Translations under genes and position numbers: made by a program
The notes under the pieces: generated by a model
Told to the model about the DNA's origin: nothing
What the model saw: the letters and a program-made list of their open reading frames with translations, nothing else
Databases searched by the model: none
Assembly: GCA_000002435.2 (NCBI GenBank)
Contig: CM018789.1
From: Giardia intestinalis
Lineage: Eukaryota
DNA length: 64,000 bases
Reading direction: 5' to 3' (one strand)
In this document: in pieces, positions 37,723 to 46,020 of the stretch
Numbering within the stretch: the first letter of the stretch is position 1
How the letters are laid out: each line of letters starts with the position of its first letter

Positions 37723-40700
37723 CTAAAACTCTAGGCTGTTACAAGGGTACGTAGATTTAACTTCTGCGGGTGTAGGTGTACGTGGACCAAGAAATTCCGT
37801 GGCGTGTACTGAGGGGTTCCGAACTGAGATTGTTTGAACAGTATAGCACCAGAAGCAAGACTTATTAAACTTTTTCACCGGAGAAAGTTGCAGAGAAGAA
37901 GTCGTGGGGGATGCTGGGGATTCTATAGTCTCGAGCTGGAGAGCGTCAACTCCGTTCATAAATAGTTCTCTGGTAAACTTGAGACTCAGGCGAGCATCAC
38001 TGGCGACAACTGGGATAGAACCTGTTGTGACACCATTCATTATAGAACGCGCCCATCTCTGGGCGCTGGAAAACTCCTCCACTTTTAAGATTTGTCGCGC
38101 ATACACAAACAGCCTACTATGGAGCATAAGAAGAGCGATAGTGGGAACGATATACGGTCCCATATAATCGGGGGACTTGAAGCTAAATTTCTCCGACGGT
38201 ACAACACATTGCAGTAAGCAAGTAAGAATATCAGTTGAAGAGATGATAGAGCTTATTGATTCAGGGATGAATAGATAAACCACGTTATTGTGCCCTATCC
38301 AAGGGAGTTTTAAGGGATGGATGCGACCAACCTTGGGTCCGAGTACCCTCTCTTTAGTGACACTCTTTACGAGTGAATTTGCCTCTGCTGATACGCCTGA
38401 CTTCTGCTCGTTGTAAACAAAGTGCACCATGTAAAAGTAGATCTCAGACTGAGAGAATAAGGACGGCTGTATTTCTAAGGCTGGCCTAGGCAAGTATATG
38501 AGCGTTGCACGATTGGACGACAGATAACGCCCGTAGCGCACGAAGAAGGACTCCTCTGGCTCTATGCCTCGGCACTTGCGGGATTCGATATACCGGTATC
38601 TGCCTTTGAATGTGTCAGTGACAAATGATATGTTATCAACGGCCCAGCAAGAGAGTCTTCGAGAGTTCCCCTCTAGCATATCAGGAGGTGTGGCTTGGTC
38701 GATTACATAGACATGCGTGCCATTTGGGAGCACATTAAATTCATACAGCTCACTGTTCTTGGTCTCGTCAGCATCCAAGATGTCATTAAGAAGTCCGCAC
38801 GGGGAAGAGTAAAGGCTATCGGATATATCCATCACCTTGTGATATGCTCCCTCCTTCAAGGTGTAGCGCAACAGCATCCCAACCTCAAGCCGATCTGCCA
38901 CTAACTTTGGTAAAATAAGGCGAAAGAAGCTGCAATCCACGTGAGTATTCTGGTAGTACTCTGTTATGATAAAGCCCATGACAAGTGTCATTTTAGATAG
39001 CTTTCCTGGGGTCTCAATAGTAGGAGATACTATTTTGGTTCGAAAGCTGCTGTTCATCAGGTCCAGAACGTGCTGACCTAGCTGCTCGCACTCCTTGCCC
39101 CTAAGAAGGAGCACTACACGACCTATTAACCAATGTTGCTGAATGGGTGGTCGCAAAAGAGATCCATGCAATTCGCACGTATTCCTGTGGGTCTTATTAT
39201 GTGAAGTAAGCGTTATAGTCACCAGGTGGCCCAGATAATTCGTTGGAGTGTTGGTAGAGAAATGGCGCTCGTAGCCATTACACAATCGGACAAAGCCAAA
39301 TGAGGTGTGCGTCTCCGCTCTTTTGGTACTCTCCTGCCAATACACACTTGCGTGGATAACCCGAGCAGACGTCGCTGCTCCTTCCACAGCTTGCCTTTTC
39401 CCCCTTTTCATCTTGCCCCAAAGATCCTTTGTTGCCAGAACTCCGTCACATGGATTGTAGTAGTCCAAAAAGCGGACGTCCAACGCTATATAGACTGCAC
39501 TTGTCCCATTAAATGGCACAACTGTGCAGCGGACACGTGCCCTAGCGAAAAACGGACGCTTAAATTCCGGCGTATCATCATGTACGTTTTTCCCTTGCTT
39601 GCTCTGAGCGGACGGGGTCTTTCTATAGCATATCCTACTGTTTTGCATGGAAGCCGGAACAGTCCAAATAGCGAGGGAATGAACCCAGCCGTCTACCCGG
39701 AGAGGATCCTCAAATGAAATGACGGCCAAGTTAAAGCTAGGAAAATGATAGCGGACATACCCCACAACAGAACGCAGACCCTCTAGTGAGATGTTACTCA
39801 TACCTTGAGAAAAGAACAAGTGGCGTGAACAATCAAGCGTAGCAAGTAGGTCTACAGACTCGTGGAAGCTACCAGTTGTGGAGTGGTTTTCGTCGTAGCA
39901 GGAAAGGCCGTTTGTACGGGTCGTATCACTAGCTGTCTGCGGATTCAAGTAGCTGTGCGTACGCACATCAGATGATAACTCTGACACATCAGTGATATTT
40001 GTAATGACAGGAAAGAAGGTCCTCTTTGGGGTGGAGACTGCGCTAGAGGTAATAAAGGGGTTGTTCGAAACGGGGGCCGGGGCATCAATTGCCGGAAACA
40101 ACAGCATGCTATTGCTATTACTGTTTGTCAATGGAAATAGTAACCCCGAGTCGACACGATGGTACACACCGGAAGGTCCTTGTTCCACAGAGGTCTTAAA
40201 TTGCGGGACGGAGAAGGACTGCTGCTGAGATAGGCAAATAGAAGTAGAAGGCGAAGGTGGATTCGATGCCTCCTCCAGAAACGTGGGATCGAATAGACTC
40301 TCTGGGCTCTGATCAAAGTAATACTTCGGAGTACTCAGATTGATACCGTTACTTATGAGAAACGGATTAGCAGGAGAGCCAGGGACATCTATAAGCAAAT
40401 CGGGGACAGATGAAATCGCAGGCAAAACGGGCTTCGCCGGAGTCTGTTCATCACGAAGCAAGGGCGTGAAACTGGTGTCGAAAGAAATGAAGCCAGTTCC
40501 TTTACAGCGCAGAGAGATAACTTCTATTTCAGTAAGGCATATGCTCTTGCCGTTAAAGAATAACTCAGCACAAGTGCACTGTCCTAACAAAGAATCACCT
40601 TCTTCTAGAATTGGAAAATCACTGGAGTCTGCTAAGTGCGAAGATCCTGCTCTCTCAGACAAGGAAATGTATCGTAGAATAGCACACATGAGCGTGTTGG

Positions 40701-42735
40701 TATGGACAAAAACACAGGGAGCCGAAGAATTGCTTCTATTGATCCCATGAGAAAGCATGGCCTCAAGCACCCTTTCGCGGACAGCATTAGAATTTCCTGG
40801 GCTAAGCTCTCCACCTAGAGGGGTGTTACTGGATAAGAAGACCAAGGGCGCGTTAGCATACCAAATAACTTCGAAAGGTACGGGAATAGTAAAGCGGGCT
40901 ACGTGTGCACAGACAACGGCAGTCCAAGTACTGAGACCTCCGCACAGACTGCAGGACACCTCCCCAGTGCGAAGAAGCAGTTCGTGCTCTTCCACGGATG
41001 AACAACTCTGACAAGACACACCGGGAAGACAAGATAAGTGCGAATATATTCCTGCAAAGGATTGCGAGTAAAGCAGCGGGGATTTGCTAATATTGCTAGC
41101 GGCAAGGCTATTGCTAGTGATATGCTGATTAGTGGCGGAGAATTGAGCTACACGTACATCAGACCACAGTGAGGTTATGGTCTTGACGTCCAAGTCAATG
41201 GAAACGGGTGCAGTTCTGGTAATGAAACCGATCAGGCTTTTATACTGTGCAGCTGATATGTTGAAAAGTTGATGCTCACGGCCCGTAGTTGCTATTTCTA
41301 ATAACAAGTCAGAGGTATCATTGTCAACTTTTCCATAGAATCGAATAGGCAGCTGAATATCAACTATAAGTAAGCCAGTGTGAAGCAAAGAGGATGCTCG
41401 AATGCTCCACGACGGTAGCAGAGACGGGGTCTCGCTAGAGACATATAAATCCATAACGCATAGGTTAGAGGCTGTCCACAGACAATACAAAGGTGATCCT
41501 ATTTGTACAAGAACCTCGTACAATAGCCGCGATAGCCTGCTAATGGCCAGAATAATAAAGCTATAGCCCGCAACGGTAACACGGAGGGCAACTGCAGCCC
41601 AAAATGTGTCTCTCAGAGCCTTTGACGGCTCAACTTTCTCAGCCTTGGTGGAGCTGGCGTGGGCGGTGAAAGCAGGCGACTGATTGATAGACAATGGCTG
41701 ATCCTCTAGCTTTTTAGTATGAGCAGAAGCTCCGCTGGAAGGAACACATGGCTCTATAGACAGAATCTCCACAAACTCGCTCAAGTAGGTGGGATAAAGG
41801 CGAACAGATGTAACAACACGTTGGGTACCCGAGGACGCTTGTTGTACCACCGGTTCAGTAGTAAGGAGCACACCCTGCAGCAAAACTGAAAAAGGGTCAA
41901 CAGAGGCTATGCCTGAATTACAATTATATGGAAGAAGATCCAAGGCGAGGTTAGCATAAATGCAGGAGGTTGTAGTAACTGAAAACGATGTAGAAGTTAC
42001 ACGAGTTATGAGACCAAATTCCTTGACTTGACTTGTAGAAGGAGCAGAACTAAAAGCCTGATCTGGTTGCAAATTGGCCTCAACGTAGAAGGGTGGCAAC
42101 GTCAGTTTGACCATCCTCCTTCTGGTTGACGGAGAGGCCACAAGGCGAACACGCTGCAGAGCTGAAGGAGGCATGGCCAGGTCCTCGAGGATTTCACGTC
42201 CACCTTTCACCACAAGCAAAACATTACCAGAGCCAAAGATACTGTGAGACCCAAGAGTAAGTAAATGCGTTGCACAATAGTAAGCTCTTCCAGATAGACC
42301 GAGGAGGCCTGTGCTATAGAACAGCTCCAGAAGAACGTCTAACGAGACCGCCTCGGAAAGCAAGGTGCTATGGTCAAGGGCAGCTAAGGTAATAAGGTCG
42401 ATGCTGCTCTTAAGAACAAAAGTAACGAGGCTATACCAAGCAGCTGGTGTTTTCAAACAGAGCGCACCCAAGACGTGGACCAGATCTGTACTAGTCAAAT
42501 TCACAGCCTCTCCATTTTGAAGAATAATCGGGGCTACGCCAAAAAGCTGGAACATGGCCGATTGGTTGAATTGCGCCACTTGCGCCAATGAAATGCATCG
42601 CTCTTCGCGGACATCACAATCCTTTCGGATTGTAATAAGTGCTTGATCGTCTTGCTGTGTCGCATTCGATTGCAAAGATGAGGGATCGGAAATAGGCCTC
42701 ATATCCACCCTCCTTACATTGAGTTTTTTAGTCAT
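37723..42735 (-). CDS. Very large hypothetical protein (1670 aa)
   Basis: Uninterrupted 5-kb ORF with an ATG start (agtcATattac on the plus strand). No recognisable catalytic motifs. Confidence 0.75.
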   Translation of the reverse strand: MTKKLNVRRVDMRPISDPSSLQSNATQQDDQALITIRKDCDVREERCISLAQVAQFNQSAMFQLFGVAPIILQNGEAVNLTSTDLVHVLGALCLKTPAAWYSLVTFVLKSSIDLITLAALDHSTLLSEAVSLDVLLELFYSTGLLGLSGRAYYCATHLLTLGSHSIFGSGNVLLVVKGGREILEDLAMPPSALQRVRLVASPSTRRRMVKLTLPPFYVEANLQPDQAFSSAPSTSQVKEFGLITRVTSTSFSVTTTSCIYANLALDLLPYNCNSGIASVDPFSVLLQGVLLTTEPVVQQASSGTQRVVTSVRLYPTYLSEFVEILSIEPCVPSSGASAHTKKLEDQPLSINQSPAFTAHASSTKAEKVEPSKALRDTFWAAVALRVTVAGYSFIILAISRLSRLLYEVLVQIGSPLYCLWTASNLCVMDLYVSSETPSLLPSWSIRASSLLHTGLLIVDIQLPIRFYGKVDNDTSDLLLEIATTGREHQLFNISAAQYKSLIGFITRTAPVSIDLDVKTITSLWSDVRVAQFSATNQHITSNSLAASNISKSPLLYSQSFAGIYSHLSCLPGVSCQSCSSVEEHELLLRTGEVSCSLCGGLSTWTAVVCAHVARFTIPVPFEVIWYANAPLVFLSSNTPLGGELSPGNSNAVRERVLEAMLSHGINRSNSSAPCVFVHTNTLMCAILRYISLSERAGSSHLADSSDFPILEEGDSLLGQCTCAELFFNGKSICLTEIEVISLRCKGTGFISFDTSFTPLLRDEQTPAKPVLPAISSVPDLLIDVPGSPANPFLISNGINLSTPKYYFDQSPESLFDPTFLEEASNPPSPSTSICLSQQQSFSVPQFKTSVEQGPSGVYHRVDSGLLFPLTNSNSNSMLLFPAIDAPAPVSNNPFITSSAVSTPKRTFFPVITNITDVSELSSDVRTHSYLNPQTASDTTRTNGLSCYDENHSTTGSFHESVDLLATLDCSRHLFFSQGMSNISLEGLRSVVGYVRYHFPSFNLAVISFEDPLRVDGWVHSLAIWTVPASMQNSRICYRKTPSAQSKQGKNVHDDTPEFKRPFFARARVRCTVVPFNGTSAVYIALDVRFLDYYNPCDGVLATKDLWGKMKRGKRQAVEGAATSARVIHASVYWQESTKRAETHTSFGFVRLCNGYERHFSTNTPTNYLGHLVTITLTSHNKTHRNTCELHGSLLRPPIQQHWLIGRVVLLLRGKECEQLGQHVLDLMNSSFRTKIVSPTIETPGKLSKMTLVMGFIITEYYQNTHVDCSFFRLILPKLVADRLEVGMLLRYTLKEGAYHKVMDISDSLYSSPCGLLNDILDADETKNSELYEFNVLPNGTHVYVIDQATPPDMLEGNSRRLSCWAVDNISFVTDTFKGRYRYIESRKCRGIEPEESFFVRYGRYLSSNRATLIYLPRPALEIQPSLFSQSEIYFYMVHFVYNEQKSGVSAEANSLVKSVTKERVLGPKVGRIHPLKLPWIGHNNVVYLFIPESISSIISSTDILTCLLQCVVPSEKFSFKSPDYMGPYIVPTIALLMLHSRLFVYARQILKVEEFSSAQRWARSIMNGVTTGSIPVVASDARLSLKFTRELFMNGVDALQLETIESPASPTTSSLQLSPVKKFNKSCFWCYTVQTISVRNPSVHATEFLGPRTPTPAEVKSTYPCNSLEF

Positions 42736-42758
42736 ATTACGGTCGCAATTAAGGAATT

Positions 42759-43040
42759 TTACTCTGACTTTTCTTTTCGGCTAGTCTTTCTGAGCTCTGT
42801 GAGCCGATAGAGGAAGTCCGACGCAACAAGAAGGAAGAGGAGGAGTAAAACATTTACGACCCCTACCGCGAAGAGTCCACCTCGCACCGTCGCAGTCAGG
42901 GAGTCCATCCCATGCTGAGTCATGTAGTAAGCTCGCACTGCGTACATGACCCCCATTGGAGCAGCAATAATGACTACCATCCATGGCCATCCGTGAACAG
43001 CAAGACGTGAAAACGCCGGGCAATGATCAAATATCTTCAT
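42759..43040 (-). CDS. Small predicted two-TM membrane protein (93 aa)
   Basis: ATG preceded by gaagacaaaaATG. Two hydrophobic helices (WPWMVVIIAAPMGVMYAV and LFAVGVVNVLLLLFLLVA). It fits exactly between the neighbouring genes. As a short ORF it remains uncertain. Confidence 0.4.
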   Translation of the reverse strand: MKIFDHCPAFSRLAVHGWPWMVVIIAAPMGVMYAVRAYYMTQHGMDSLTATVRGGLFAVGVVNVLLLLFLLVASDFLYRLTELRKTSRKEKSE

Positions 43041-43191
43041 TTTTGTCTTCCCCTCTTATTTTTATCACCTAATCTTCTCTCATCACCAGATACAAATAAG
43101 CGAAAAGGCGGAGACATCAAATTCATATGGAAATGCGCATCACAAACGTCATAAAAAGGTCGTGTAAATCGCGCAGAGCTTGTAGCGAGCA

Positions 43192-43860
43192 TCAGTTATT
43201 AAACAACACAACGGGCTCCACAGCACTGAGCCTTGTAATTTCGTCTGCAGGGAGGGCAATGTGGTAAATCTGATGACTGCTATCGAGAATGCAGGCTCTC
43301 AGAACAGCCTGAACGTCTAGACGCTGCATAAAGGCAGAGTATTCCGAAAAGGAAACCAAGGTATCCCAATCTATGTTCTGCAAGTACTCCTGCTCAAATA
43401 CAGCAAGCATATCGGGTCCGTAGTGTGAAAGTGACAACTCGTTCCATTGCTCGAGTGTAGGTGGATTATCAATCAGGAGGCGGGAGCTAATAATAACGCT
43501 GGTCAGCATAATACGGTATACATTATTGATTGTAAGGGGATAGAAGCGATTGCGACTCATGAACCGCCGGAGTAATATTATTGCATATACGTAGCATTGC
43601 CGGGGTGCAACAGATCTGCTGAGTAGCGCGTCAATAAAGACAGCTAGCTTGCATTGCGGCTCTCCACTGTGAGGCCTTGGAAGTTGAGTTGCATTTTCAA
43701 TGTGAGCCATCAGAAGATCTGATACGAATCCCACAAATTGTCGTCCTGTTAATCCATAGACGTCCACTGATACCCGTGGGGTTCTGTACCGCTTCTTCAC
43801 TGTATCTGTGTGCATATAAGGAAAGACCGATCTCAAACGAGGGACGGAGTTTTTTTTCAT
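43192..43860 (-). CDS. PHO80-like (cyclin-U/PCL-type) cyclin (222 aa)
   Basis: Cyclin-box segment VFIDALLSRS...YVYAIILLRRF...LTINNVYRIMLTSVIISSRLLIDNPPTLEQWNELS...MLAVFEQEYLQNIDWDTLV matches the PHO80-type pattern (nvHRLlLta..vAsKflDD...N..wa.v.gis..ELN.LE..fL..ldf.L.v). Confidence 0.6.
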   Translation of the reverse strand: MKKNSVPRLRSVFPYMHTDTVKKRYRTPRVSVDVYGLTGRQFVGFVSDLLMAHIENATQLPRPHSGEPQCKLAVFIDALLSRSVAPRQCYVYAIILLRRFMSRNRFYPLTINNVYRIMLTSVIISSRLLIDNPPTLEQWNELSLSHYGPDMLAVFEQEYLQNIDWDTLVSFSEYSAFMQRLDVQAVLRACILDSSHQIYHIALPADEITRLSAVEPVVLFNN

Positions 43861-43903
43861 GTGTACGTGGGAAAATTAACGATCAAATCAGGCTTTTATT
43901 ACT

Positions 43904-44659
43904 CTATTTTGTCTTGAATGAGGAGGTCCCTTTTAACGATATGTGCGCTAAGCCTGTTGACAGCTCCTTAAGGGACTTGCAGACAAATTTATATTGTTGA
44001 GCTCCTACTGTAGCGGTGTAAAAACACGACTGTTCATCCAGTATGAAGCTCTCAGGATCAATAGTAAGTGCATAGTCAGTCACGCATACAGCTATGCATG
44101 CCTTGGCGTGGCTCAGAGGCAGTTCTACGGAGATGTTGACCTTCTGGGGTAAGTGCACTCCCATGAACTCCTCCAGTTGTCGAATTACATGAGCAGCTTG
44201 AGCAGAGGCAGGCTGCTGGGTTACGCGGTAGTGCAGGTCATTTTTCATGGCGAACTCTATCAAGGTTCGAGGGTATGCAGCCCCCGTGGCAGGGTTTGTT
44301 AATCTCAGGGCCACAATAGAGGCTATCTCAGTGAACTTTCTCTCCTGTTCGACAGTGCGTTCCAATTCTGAAAGATGTACACGTCCGTTGAGGATGATCT
44401 GGTTGCAAATTGACAGAGTGTTCTGGGTCCCAAAAGCCTTCTGCAAATTCTCCGCGCTTTGCAACTCCCCCTTAACTGCGTCTGAGAAGATAGCATGAGC
44501 CTGGATGACTTCGTTGATGTCCTTTTCAACCCCATTTCTGTAAGATGCCACTTTGCTGGAATAACAAGCCACCTCGAACCTCTGATCGTTGACCACATAT
44601 TGTACTATGGCTACGTTCGTAAACCACTTCTGGGTCACTGGCTGGACGATATAACTCAT
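43904..44659 (-). CDS. SBDS: SBDS/SDO1 ribosome maturation protein homologue (251 aa)
   Basis: N-terminus FTNVAIVQYVVNDQRFEVACYSSKVASYRNGVEKDINEVIQAHAIFSDAVKGELQSAENLQKAFGT aligns with human SBDS ([66 protein letters not shown]). The full three-domain length is conserved. Confidence 0.9.
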   Translation of the reverse strand: MSYIVQPVTQKWFTNVAIVQYVVNDQRFEVACYSSKVASYRNGVEKDINEVIQAHAIFSDAVKGELQSAENLQKAFGTQNTLSICNQIILNGRVHLSELERTVEQERKFTEIASIVALRLTNPATGAAYPRTLIEFAMKNDLHYRVTQQPASAQAAHVIRQLEEFMGVHLPQKVNISVELPLSHAKACIAVCVTDYALTIDPESFILDEQSCFYTATVGAQQYKFVCKSLKELSTGLAHISLKGTSSFKTK

Positions 44660-44767
44660 TTACTCACGGGAGCGGAGTATGAAGACAATTCTATGACTCT
44701 AAAATTATTAAACTTCTTACACAGTTACAAGTTGTGGGGAAACTCCTAGCCTCCTTCAGGTTACACT

Positions 44768-45247
44768 ATGAATACCCTACTGCAAGAAGTATCCATCGAA
44801 AGGTATGACGCTCCGCCCGAGGAACCGGTGCCCGAAGAAGGCGAGATCTACACCGACTTCCTCGACAGAGAAGGGGCCGCTATCGGTTCCTTTCGTCAGC
44901 TTGCATCCAAGCACTACAATAAGCTCTCCCAGTATATCTTCGAGCTTGAGCATCTGGCCGCATACGGTGAGCTGCAATTGAGTAGAGGTTTTCTCATTGA
45001 TGGCGTGCATCTTTCGCAAATTCTGTGCCATGCTCGTAACGAATCCCTGACGCATTTCAGCGGACTCATGACAAACTATTTTAAAATGATCAAGGTGAAG
45101 GAGATATTCCAGGGTAACGAGCCTCGTGAAGCCCAAGAGATTAGCGCAGCGCTGAGGCACAGAAAGTTTTCGTGGCACAGTTTTATTTATCACCCAATTG
45201 ATTGCAGCCCCACGCTCGTTGAGCTCAACAAGGAACAAGAAGAGTAA
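44768..45247 (+). CDS. Hypothetical acidic protein (159 aa)
   Basis: ATG start. Strong third-position G/C codon bias. Preferred over the overlapping antisense ORF 44777-45328, which lacks that bias. Confidence 0.5.
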   Translation: MNTLLQEVSIERYDAPPEEPVPEEGEIYTDFLDREGAAIGSFRQLASKHYNKLSQYIFELEHLAAYGELQLSRGFLIDGVHLSQILCHARNESLTHFSGLMTNYFKMIKVKEIFQGNEPREAQEISAALRHRKFSWHSFIYHPIDCSPTLVELNKEQEE

Positions 45248-45387
45248 TCTTTCATGCTTGACACGGCTGTGCACAGGAGCAGGAGCAGGAGCTTTCTTTA
45301 CTATCTCTCCCTGCATGTTCTTCTTCACACAAGCTCTTACCTTATTCTAGAATTTGCAAAAATGCACCACAAAATTATAGGAAGTTT

Positions 45388-46008
45388 ATGGATGGCGACT
45401 CCTCGAAAGTTCCAGAGCAATCTATCCACGTTCCACTAAAGTGCTCCCTTCCATGTGATTCTCGAAGCCAAATACACAAATCCAGATTAGAAAACCAAGA
45501 CACACGATCATTCTTTCAGCAGGTAGATTATGCCGAACGGGACCTTGATCTTCTTCTCTGTCGTAGCAAAAGACACATAGACAAGACTATTTCTGTGGTG
45601 CATCATCAAACCGAGCGGCTGCGACAGCTGATGTTTGGGCAGATGGTGACGGCAATCAACCAAAAGGTGGAGTTGTCTCGCTTACGGGCACAGCAGGCAA
45701 AGAAGTTGGGCGGGCGGAAACGTGCTACCGACATGACCGCCGCTGACTGCCAGCAACATGCACAAACCCAGGTAGACCTCCTTAAAATGCAGACTAGTCC
45801 GGAAGAGTTCTTGCAGCGGATCACCAAGAGGAGCTCTGCTTACATGTACCAACAAGATAGCGACATAGATAGAACAACCCGAGCTCTTGCGAGTTGCCGC
45901 ACTAGGCTCGACAAGCTGGACTTTCAGTTCATGGGACCATGTCCACGGAACGGTTTATCGGATAAAGAGGTCAAAGAAGAGCTGCGCGGCCTATTTGACT
46001 CTCTATAA
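45388..46008 (+). CDS. Hypothetical protein (206 aa)
   Basis: ATG start. It ends 13 bp before the HECT gene. No motif recognised. Confidence 0.5.
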   Translation: MDGDSSKVPEQSIHVPLKCSLPCDSRSQIHKSRLENQDTRSFFQQVDYAERDLDLLLCRSKRHIDKTISVVHHQTERLRQLMFGQMVTAINQKVELSRLRAQQAKKLGGRKRATDMTAADCQQHAQTQVDLLKMQTSPEEFLQRITKRSSAYMYQQDSDIDRTTRALASCRTRLDKLDFQFMGPCPRNGLSDKEVKEELRGLFDSL

Positions 46009-46020
46009 AAAAGGCTTTGC

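Noticed and set aside
44777-45328. 183-aa minus-strand ORF antisense to 44768-45247
   Set aside because: It overlaps the plus-strand ORF almost entirely. The plus frame has the Giardia third-position G/C bias and a structured acidic sequence, and the minus frame does not. I kept the plus strand, though only at moderate confidence.
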